Assembly: GCA_033442325.1 (NCBI GenBank)
Contig: JAWQFM010000036.1
Coordinates: 62,175 to 126,174 of the forward strand
Direction: 5' to 3'
DNA from: Salpingoeca rosetta
Taxonomy: Eukaryota; Protista; Choanoflagellata
DNA length: 64,000 bases
The notes under the pieces are model-generated. The model was given only the letters and a program-made list of their open reading frames with translations. It searched no databases and was not told where the DNA came from. Below, one piece after another: positions 48,833 through 64,000 of this stretch (position 1 is the stretch's first letter; every line of letters begins with the position of its first letter). Position numbers and translations under genes: made by a program.

Positions 48833-50939
48833 GCCACTGCTGCTGTTTGAACGCGTGCAATCCATGGCGTTCGCAATGCATCTTGGCCACCGCGCCCGAC
48901 CTTTCTTTCCCCAACCATCTCCACGCTTCATGCCCGTGTTCACGTCGCGTGCGCGTGCGCGTGCGTGTGCATGTGTGCATTTGGCCACCACCTTCGTTTG
49001 TGGCTGCAGGGAGGTGAAGGAGCTTGCGCTGATGGCCATTGCCAGCCTCGTCCAGACCCGCACATCCATGTTTGAGCCATACATCAAGGCCTTCTTCGTG
49101 GTGTGTTTGCTTCATCCACATGCTGCTCCTGTCTGCCGTGGTAGCGATAGGTGGTGCTGGCGGTGCTGGTTGGGTTTTGTGTGTTGCGGTGTGGCACGCA
49201 TGTTTCTGCATCCCCAACGAAGTGTTCTCACCTTTTGCTCACATTGTGTGTGCAGAGGAGTGACGATCCACTGCGGTGCAAGCTGCTGAAACTGGAGATT
49301 CTGACGACCCTCGCCTCAGACACCACCGTCTCCCCAATACTCAGGGAATTCCAGGTCTGGTGCACGCAGTTGCTGGTGTATACCCACTCACACACTCACT
49401 CACCCACTCACTCACTCACTCACTCACTCACTCACTCACTCACTCACTCACTCACTCACTCACTCACTCACTCACTCACTCACTCACTCACTCACTCACT
49501 CACTCACTCACTCACTCACTCACTCACTCACTCACATGCACACATCTCCCCCTCCCCCGTGCCCATGACCTGCGGTGCGTGTGTGCTGCTCAGGAGTACG
49601 TCAAGCACAACGACAAGCGGTTTGTGGCGCAGACGATCCAGTGCATCGGGCGGTGCGCGTCCAAGCTGCGCAACGTTACCGAGACGTGTCTCTCCGGCCT
49701 CATGGCCCTCCTCAACAACAACGACGGTTCGTGTGCCTCTGTGTGTGTGTGTGTGTGTTCTGGTGACGAACATGGCTGTGCTGCAACTGCTCTGTTGTCG
49801 ATGTATGCATGTGCATATGCACACATACGTATGCGCTCACCTCAGCCCTTGTTTTCACCGCCTTCCGCCTTCCTTTCTCTGCCTGCAGAGCTTGTTGTTG
49901 CTGAGAGCGTGGTTGTGATTAAGAAGCTGCTGCAGCTCAACCCGGAGGCGCACAAGGACATCATCCGTTCCATGAGCAAGCTCGCCGTCAAGATCACGGA
50001 GCCGACCGCCCGCGCGTCGCTGCTGTGGATTGTTGGCGAGTACTCCCAGCACGTTCCCAAGATGGCCCCCGACGTGCTCAGACAGATGGCAAAGTCAGTT
50101 GCCTGCAGGCATGCGGGCGCCCCGCACTCGCACAGACGCTGTGTCTGTGTCTGTGTCAATGTGTGTGTATTTGCCCGTGTTCTGTACAATGACAACAATC
50201 TTGTGTTTTGCGTGCGTGCGTGTTCTCCCCCCCCCGCCCGGCTTGACACAACATGACGCCACCCTGTACTCTGCTCTGCGCATCACGCCCGTATGGCATT
50301 ACAGGACATTTCCGCAAGAGGATGTTGCGGTGAAGCTGCAGACACTCAACCTCGCTGCCAAGCTCTTCCTCACAAACCCAAAGCAGGTAACGCATGCATC
50401 TGCTTTGCACACTTGACACTAGATGTGTCAGTCACATGTGCGGGTCGGACGCTTTTGTGATGGCTTCCGTGTCCCCATGTGCCCACGCCTTGCCTTGCAA
50501 ACGCCCTTGCTTGGCTGACCTTCCTCCCTCACCATCCCATGCCCCCTCTACCGCCACCCGTACTTCCACAGACAAAGCACATTTGCGCGTATGTGCTGAA
50601 GCTTGCCAAGTACGACCAAAACTACGACCTGCGCGACAAGGCTCGCCTCATCAACACCATCATCTTCACAAAGGTGCCGCTGTGTATGGGGTTGGAGGTG
50701 GGGGAGTTTTGTGTGTGTGTGTGTGTGTGTGTGCGTGTGTGTGTGCGTGTGCGTGTGTGCGTGTGATATCATGTGTTATGATGAAGATGCACGGTTGCAG
50801 TCGTGTCACTCGACTCCACTGTACTGACTGTCACCACTGCCCTCGTCATCACCACCACCAGGATCTGCGCATCCACAAGAAATCGAAGAAGCTGTTCCTG
50901 AGCGAGAAGCCCGCACCAAACCTCAGATCAACATTCGAC

Positions 50940-51007
<68 letters not shown>

Positions 51008-52047
51008 CACATGATGATGATGCATGTCACTCATAGCACCTCCCGAACTTCCGCGCTCCACACGCCATAACCCCTTCCTCCACGCCTCTTCGTCTGCTTT
51101 TCGACACAGATCGCTCCGAGTTTCAGATTGGATCCCTCTCCTTCTTCCTCAACCAGGTGCGTGCACGTGTGCGTGTGCTTGCGTGTGTGTGAGGTTGTGT
51201 GTGTGAGGTTGTGTATGTGTGTGCGTGTGTGCGCATTGTTGGGACATCCATCCATCCCTGCATCTGTGTACCAACACCAACGCCCGTCCCCTGTCCCCCA
51301 ACCCAAAATCCTGTCTTCCTTCACTCCCACAGGCGTGCCATGGATGGAATGCCCTTCCTGCATTTGCGGAGGAGCCGACAGATCCCACGCTGCGCCAAGT
51401 CGCCGTACGTTGCACGGTTGCGGCTTGCCTGCCATGATCAGACCGAGTGCTCGTGCTCGTCGCACATCACTGGTTGAAGGCACAAACACTCTCGCCCTTT
51501 GGGGCACAAACAAATGTACTCACACACACACTCACTTACTCACACACTCGCTCACACATACACACTCACTCACTCACTCACTCACTCACTCACTCACTCA
51601 CTCACTCACTCACTCACTCACTCACTCACTCACTCACTCACTCACTCACTCACTCACTCACTCACTCACTCACTCACTCACTCACTCACTCACTCACTCA
51701 CTCACTCACTCACTCACTCACTCGCCCATGCAGGAGCCGGTTGAGCTCGGCGGAACATCGAAGGAGTTTACACTGGACACGACGACCGAGGAGGAGACAA
51801 CGAGCGACGACGACACGACGACATCTGGCGAAGAGGACACGACGTCCGGTGACACAGACACCAGCAGCAGCGGCGAGGATGACGACGATGAGGATGAGGA
51901 GGAGGATGACAGCAGCGCCGACTCGAGTGATGACAATCATGGTGATGATGGCGGTGATGCGCGTGCGACGAAGGGTAAAAGCAGAAAGCGCGCACCATCC
52001 GTGTCGAGTGGACCTGACAGTGACGAGATTGTGGACAGCAGTGAGGC

Positions 52048-52095
<48 letters not shown>

Positions 52096-52116
52096 CGACG
52101 ACGACGACAACACGAG

Positions 52117-52158
<42 letters not shown>

Positions 52159-52183
52159 CGACGACGATTCGAGCGACAACTGA
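45760..52183 (+). CDS. AP3B1: AP-3 adaptor complex beta subunit (trunk plus acidic hinge; no appendage domain); ~20 exons
   Basis: [45 protein letters not shown]; [21 protein letters not shown]; [14 protein letters not shown]; [14 protein letters not shown]; [12 protein letters not shown]; APDVLR; [12 protein letters not shown]; [13 protein letters not shown]; FQIGSLS are AP3B-specific. Last exon 51734-52183 is Asp/Ser-rich. Confidence 0.95.
49395..49535 (+). repeat. (CACT)n microsatellite in AP3B intron
   Basis: Direct reading. Confidence 0.95.
51563..51723 (+). repeat. (CACT)n microsatellite in last AP3B intron
   Basis: Direct reading; ends about 10 nt upstream of the acceptor AG (51732-51733). 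Confidence 0.95.
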
Positions 52184-52793
52184 CAACTGCAATGTGTAGC
52201 TTCCTCTCTGGCCTAGCCCGTCGTTCTTTGCGCACACATTGCATGTGCATTAGATTGAAATGGCTGTTTTGTTGTCTGCGCTCACTTTTGTTGTCCTCTC
52301 TTGCTCGCTACTTCCCTGTGCCAATGCTGTTTCCGTGCCTGTCCTCACTGCTCCTTGTATTGTTGTTGGTGGTGCAGTTACATTACAACTGCTCTGTTGT
52401 CTTCCACGTCCCAGTTTTGGCCCTTGTGGTCTCAAAACACAGTGACAAACACCATTTCCGCAACGAGGGCAACTGCATGTGTTTGTGCGTGCATGTGTGA
52501 CACCCATCACACACCATCCATGACTTTTCACGATGTAGCGTGTGTACTCTGTATGCTACTGTTGTTCTCGTAAAATAGTCTTCACATATTCCCATTCATA
52601 GCAATGAAAGCAGCTGCCGATCGTAGCCGAGAACACATTCAAACAGGATAGAAAGCTCTTCCCCTCACACTCACACACACGCGCGCGCATGACACAAACA
52701 CGCGCACAAAAGCAGGCAAGCACGCATGCGTATTGACACAAGCAAGAAACAAGCAGACAAACACACAACCATGCGCCCGCAGACGCCGTACGC

Positions 52794-54437
52794 TCAAGGG
52801 TTTGGTCCGTAGAAGCGGACCAGGGCTATGTCCTCATTGTCAAGCGTTCCATCACCAGTACGATAGCCACCAGCAACAATGCGGCCGTTGTTGCTGCGTG
52901 CGCCACACATGTACTCTCTTCCAGCACCGTGCCCCGTTTTGACAAGCTCGCCCCACATGATTGTGCCATCAGAGGGTCTAGCGGCAGCAACGACGAGATC
53001 AACTTCGGAATCCTGCGTTTGCCCGAGAACATCGCCGAAGGCCGCGCCGAAAAACACGGCGTTGCCAGCATCGTCAACAAGCACGGTGAATCCATTGTCG
53101 CCGCCGCTTGTAGCCAGCTCGTCGGATGCCCACACGATGCTGCCGTCGTCCGCGCTCAAGCGGGCAAAGACGCTGTCTGCACTCCCTTTGGGCGGGTTGC
53201 CGAGCGCGCTGCTGCTGTAGCTTACACCGGCCACAAACACTTCACCGCTGCTCGACACGGCAATGCTGTAGAACTGGTCCCGGGCATCGCCACCGTGCGT
53301 CTTGCCCCAAAGGAACGTGCCATTGCTGTCAAACTTGACGACCAAGGCGTCGCTGTCACCACCTTGGTTCGTGTCACCGTACAGGCTGCCGGTTGTGAAG
53401 CCGGCGGCATAAATGCTGCCGTCTGGGCCAACTGTACATGCGCGGAACTCCTCGTTGGACGCGTGGCGGAGGTACGTCTCCCACTCCTTGTTGCCGTCGT
53501 CGTCAAGGTGCATCACGTAGGCGTCGCGAGGATTGTAGTATGACGTTGAAGCACCAGTGTCGTCGATTTTCCGGTCGTTGGTGACGTCGCCGCATAAAAG
53601 CAGGCCGCCGTTCACAGTGTCGACTGTGACAATCGCTTGTGCGGATCTGGTGCCTTGTGGGAAAGTCTTGCTCCAGATCTCGCTGCCGGTTGCGCTGTCA
53701 AGCTTCATCAGCGTCAAGTCGCCGCTCCGGTGCGCAAAGACACGGAAAGAAGTCGTCACAAGGAGGTCACCGTTGCTGTCGAAGGCCACGCTGGTTGCCC
53801 AGTCATAGAAGGCGGTACCAAAGGTCTTGCCCCACACGAGCTGGTCAGTGGCGTCGAAGCATGCAATGAGCGCATCGAAGTCGCCTTGAAAGGTGTCACC
53901 AAAGATGGCCTGGTTGGAGGTACCCGCCATGCACACCATACCAGCGTCGTTGACGGCGGTTGACTCGATTCGCTGAACACCAGCATATCGGAACGTGACC
54001 ATGGCCGCAGCTGCACGTGTTGTCGACGTCGTCGTTGTCGTTGTTGTCGTTGTCGTTGTCGTTGTCGTCGTCGTTGTGGTCGTTGTGGTGGTTGTTGTTG
54101 TCGTTGTCGTAGTTGTCGTAGTTGTGGATGAGTCGCTTGCAGAAGTGCCGTTTGTTGTTGCGTTGGTTGGAGTACCACCAACATTGTTCGTGTTACTTCC
54201 ACCAGCGCCTTGGCTGGAAGACGACGAGGATGCTGACTTGGTCCCGTAGTACACGCCTGTGGTGATGCTTGTTGCCACGACGCCGACGACCGCGGTGAGG
54301 ATGAGAATGGTGATGAGCGGGGAGCGCGACTTGCTTCCTGCCCTTTTCTTGGCGGGCACCTCCATTGCCAACACCACTTCCTCCGGCTGCGACAACGGCT
54401 GCGGCTCCGTCGCGTCCACTATCGGGCTCACCTTCAT
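52794..54437 (-). CDS. Intronless type II membrane protein: TM anchor, Thr-rich stalk, SBBP-like seven-bladed beta-propeller
   Basis: TM LITILILTAVVGVVATSITTGVYYG follows basic residues, then poly-Thr. About 55-aa repeats such as DALVVKFDSNGTFLWGKTHGGDARDQFYSIAVSSSGEVFVAG and DALIACFDATDQLVWGKTFGTAFYDWATSVAFDSNGDLLVT are typical of SBBP repeats. Confidence 0.85.
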   Translation of the reverse strand: MKVSPIVDATEPQPLSQPEEVVLAMEVPAKKRAGSKSRSPLITILILTAVVGVVATSITTGVYYGTKSASSSSSSQGAGGSNTNNVGGTPTNATTNGTSASDSSTTTTTTTTTTTTTTTTTTTTTTTTTTTTTTTTTSTTRAAAAMVTFRYAGVQRIESTAVNDAGMVCMAGTSNQAIFGDTFQGDFDALIACFDATDQLVWGKTFGTAFYDWATSVAFDSNGDLLVTTSFRVFAHRSGDLTLMKLDSATGSEIWSKTFPQGTRSAQAIVTVDTVNGGLLLCGDVTNDRKIDDTGASTSYYNPRDAYVMHLDDDGNKEWETYLRHASNEEFRACTVGPDGSIYAAGFTTGSLYGDTNQGGDSDALVVKFDSNGTFLWGKTHGGDARDQFYSIAVSSSGEVFVAGVSYSSSALGNPPKGSADSVFARLSADDGSIVWASDELATSGGDNGFTVLVDDAGNAVFFGAAFGDVLGQTQDSEVDLVVAAARPSDGTIMWGELVKTGHGAGREYMCGARSNNGRIVAGGYRTGDGTLDNEDIALVRFYGPNP

Positions 54438-54944
54438 TGTGCTGGTCTCCTCTGCTCTTTGCTCCTTGGTCCTGTTGGTGGGTGGCTGCTGGCTTGCTTG
54501 GCTTGCTGGTTGCTTGTTGGTTGCTTGTTGGTGGCTTGAGGTCTGCGTGGTGAATGCATGCGCGCGTGTTTGTTCGTGGCTTGAGGCTGCAACCAAGACA
54601 ACGCACGTCGGTTCACATCGTCTTACCCTCTTCCCCTCTTACCACTTCGTGAAGCGCCTTTCTTGCTTTCTTGATGACGTCACGGCAAGTACAACTTGCT
54701 TTTTACCAGTCGGCTCTGCGTGGGTAAAACAGAAAATGCCTTTCTTGCTTAACAATTGACGCCCAGAACGCATGCCCAGGAAGCATTTCATCATCAAACA
54801 CATCAACAAGCACTGCAGGACGCAACACCAGACTGATGCTGCACTACATCAGTGCAGACATTTTCACACTCATCACAAGCAAGCAAGCAACACTGACCGA
54901 CTGACCACCATCTGCAGCTTCCCCAGCTTCTCACCCCAGCAAAG
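54438..54944. promoter_or_regulatory. Divergent intergenic region, SBBP propeller / rhodanese-DsrE
   Basis: Head-to-head ATGs about 507 bp apart; lacks long microsatellite tracts. Confidence 0.55.
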
Positions 54945-56818
<1,874 letters not shown>

Positions 56819-56979
56819 CGCCAGGCGAGGGGACTTGATCGCACTCTGACGCAACACCTTGTCGATGGTGATGGTGATGGTGATGGTGATGGTGATGGTG
56901 GCGATGGTGTTGATGTTGCTGCGAGCGGTGCACGTTGCTGCGGCCACGCGCATGCGTGCACGACCATGTGACATGTTCA

Positions 56980-57019
<40 letters not shown>

Positions 57020-57872
57020 CACGTAACATAGCTGCTGTTGGTGCGCACGCTGTTCTGTTTGTCGTTCTTCTCCCTCACCCTAACGAGTTGAAGTGTATGT
57101 ATCCTCATCTGGTGCTGATCAGATGGATTGTTGGTTGGAGTGTTGACCTCGTGTTATCGCCTCAAGTTCTCCTCACACGTGCTGTTCACCCTTTACAATT
57201 GCGTGTGCTTGCATTCACACACACATACACTTGTTCGAGTGGCCTACTGTTCATCATGTTACATCCCCACTCTGCTGTGGCTGCGGTGTATTGGTGTTGA
57301 CGTTGACACGGAAATACACGTGCTCAAACACAACGATAAACACAGACGAACAAACAGGCCAAACACAAACGCACTGCGTGCTTGCAAGCAAACGACCACA
57401 AGCATGCATGCGCGCCAGCAAGCAAGCAACAACCGCGTACAGGAGGAGGGGGAAGAACAAGGGACAACAGAAGCTTGGTCGGCTAACGCGGAGACGGGAT
57501 GGGATGAAAACGAGAGTGTTACCCGCTAATGGTGGCGGTGTTGATGCGGTGATGGAGTGGTGGGGCGATGTGGTGACGATGCAGTCAACAGCAGCGATGA
57601 CAAAGATGGATACACACAACAGTCATCCACCGCAGAGACAAGAGCAACGCCAGTGACGACAACACGGCTCAGTAGCCGCAGCTGAGAACAAACCAGCAAA
57701 CACAGGAGGCAACAACGGGCATTTAGACGTAGACTCAGTGGTTGATTGGGGTGGGTGGTTTGAGTTAGATGGATGGTTGAGATGGACGATAGGGAGAATG
57801 GTGTCAGGTAGGCGTGGACTTCGAGCAAGAAAACACAAACGCACACACGCTCACTTGTGCTTGTAACACTCT

Positions 57873-57959
<87 letters not shown>

Positions 57960-58005
57960 GTGTGTGCGTGTGCGTGCGTGTGTGTATGTGTGCGAGTGTA
58001 GGTGT

Positions 58006-62404
<4,399 letters not shown>

Positions 62405-62590
62405 GGTGGCGGGCGGTGTGTGTGTCGCCTTATGTGCGGGCAAACACAACATACAAGGCGCAGCGGCAGCTGGATTAATAAACGACATCACAAAATGTAG
62501 TCAGAGCCCAATTTCTGCTGACATCAGCAATAACCAGACCCACGTGCAAACAATAGCCCACAAGCCAGCCAAGACAAGCAAGGAGACAAG
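62405..62590. promoter_or_regulatory. Very short divergent intergenic region, AAAP transporter / UTP4
   Basis: Head-to-head ATGs only 186 bp apart. Confidence 0.6.
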
Positions 62591-63769
62591 ATGGCACCCA
62601 CCACGCGCACGCCAGGCAGACGGCGTGGGAACGACGGCGATGAGAAGCAGGCGTTCAAGACGCCCGAGGCAGCGGGGCCCACAGGCACGCCAGCTAGCTC
62701 TGGGGGCATCAAGACAAGGTCGAGGGTGAGGAAGAAGCTACAGCAACGCCAGCAACAGCAACAACAGCAGCAGCAGGGCGGCGTGGACAACACAGCTTCT
62801 CCAGTGCTCAAACAGCGCCGTGCAGCCAAGATACCAGCAAAGACGCCAGCAAGGAAGAAGGGATCCAAGTCTGACACAGAGGCGCAGGAGCAGGACACAC
62901 CAGCCAAGACGCCAGCCAAGACGCCAGCAAAGACGCCAGCCAAGACGTCGGCAAAGACGCCAGCCAAGACGCCAGCCAAGACGCCAGCCAAGACGTCGGC
63001 AAAGACACCAGCCAAGACACCAGCCAAGACACCAGCAAAGACGCCAGCCAAGACGCCAGCAAAGACGCCAGCAAAGACGCCAGCAAAGACGCCAGCAAAG
63101 ACGCCAGCAAAGAAGAAGGGATCCAAGTCTGATACAGAGGCACAGAAGCAGGACACACCAGCAAAGGGAGCTCCATCAACGCAAGGAGTAGAAACGACAG
63201 TGGAAGCAGAGGCATCGGCAATGGATGAAGCGCCGGAGCACGTGCCATCGACACCAGCAGCGGACAAGAAGCAGAACGTCAAGAAGAACAAAAGCAAGAA
63301 GAAGCAGGGTGCACAACAGCAACAGCAGCAGCAGAAGCAGCAGAAGCAGCAGAAGCAGCAGTCAGAGCGGAGAACACCAAAGCAGCGACAGACAACACAG
63401 GGTGCACATCCACATCCCCGCAAGCGCCGGCTCAAGCGCAAGCAGGAGCAAGCTGCTGCTGCTGCCGCTGCTGCTGGTCGCCAACAGACGGGCCACCCCC
63501 ACGGCCTCGGCACCACTGCCGTTGTTCACCGCCTACGATGCGTCACCTACCACCCGGAGTCCATCAACGCCATTGCGTACCAGCAGATCCTGTCGTCCTC
63601 TGCAGCAACAAGCTCCGATGACGATGGTGATGGTCGCAGTGCAGCCGCGGCCAACAAGGCGCACGAGGGTGATACTGCGACACCGCATGTTCGATTCGCC
63701 GTGGCGAGGTGCGCGTATATGCGTGTTTGTGATGGAGGGGAGGGTTCAGTGAAGGTGTGAGACAGTTTG

Positions 63770-63817
<48 letters not shown>

Positions 63818-63993
63818 ATTGACAGTGCGTGTGTGAAATCTTTCTGCTGCTTTCACGGTCTCCTAGCTCCGTCATATCCTTACACCTGCAACTCCCCACC
63901 TCCCCTCCTTCCTCTGCCCTTGGCCTTCGTGTGTGCAGGAACAACGCCGACGTTGAGATTTGGAACGCATCACAGGGCTACGTGCTTGAGCAG
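62591..63993 (+). CDS. UTP4: U3 snoRNP/t-UTP WD40 protein UTP4 (cirhin), 5' part with long basic N-terminal extension; exons 62591-63708, 63939-63993, continues beyond window
   Basis: VHRLRCVTYHPESINAIAY ... RFAVAR|NNADVEIWNASQGYVLEQ matches the UTP4 N-terminus (VHRVRFFNYVPSGIRCVAY..RLAVSRTDGTVEIYN). Confidence 0.85.
62897..63112 (+). repeat. Coding 12-bp minisatellite, 18 units encoding 16x TPAK and 2x TSAK
   Basis: ACRCCAGCMAAG units counted directly; flanked by duplicated KKGSKSDTEAQxQD blocks. Confidence 0.95.
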
Positions 63994-64000
63994 GTGCGTA

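Noticed and set aside
52794-54437. Bacterial contamination as the source of the SBBP gene
   Set aside because: It is contiguous without gaps with intron-rich genes and contains host-style poly-Thr/Ser microsatellite coding tracts.
57720-57870. Extra 3' micro-exons of the AAAP transporter
   Set aside because: AG/GT pairs exist, but an in-frame stop at 58006-58008 already closes the protein after the last TM; cannot be supported without transcripts.
62897-63112. CRISPR-like or non-coding repeat array
   Set aside because: No spacers; in-frame 12-bp coding units in a eukaryotic gene.

Overview
Gene-dense eukaryotic window with many short GT-AG introns saturated with (GT/CA)n, (GAT/CAT)n, (GGT/CAC)n and (GTT/CAA)n microsatellites, plus six assembly gaps. 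This style and the holozoan-type gene set suggest a choanoflagellate such as Salpingoeca rosetta (inference). Most entries in the ORF track are microsatellite artefacts. By manual splicing I reconstruct 14 protein-coding genes: a NOT-box (CCR4-NOT) 3' end; a large mucin/Cys-repeat/sushi type I membrane protein; USP14; a HAD hydrolase ending in CaaX; LMBRD1; RRP1/Nop52; PPWD1; an intronless secreted receptor-L-domain protein; an inositol 5-phosphatase-C2; AP-3 beta; an intronless SBBP beta-propeller membrane protein; a rhodanese-DsrE fusion; an AAAP amino-acid transporter; and the UTP4 5' end. The most striking item is the intron-containing rhodanese-DsrE(CxxC) fusion, a prokaryote-type sulfur-relay architecture, head-to-head with a second prokaryote-like gene. 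Also notable: a cubilin-N-like segment on the L-domain protein, a SHIP-like phosphatase whose C2 keeps Ca2+-type aspartates, an ear-less AP3B, a TPAK array on UTP4, a candidate intronic H/ACA RNA, and a 5'-GU/3'-CA polarity of intronic repeats. All family assignments come from motif recognition by eye, not database searches.
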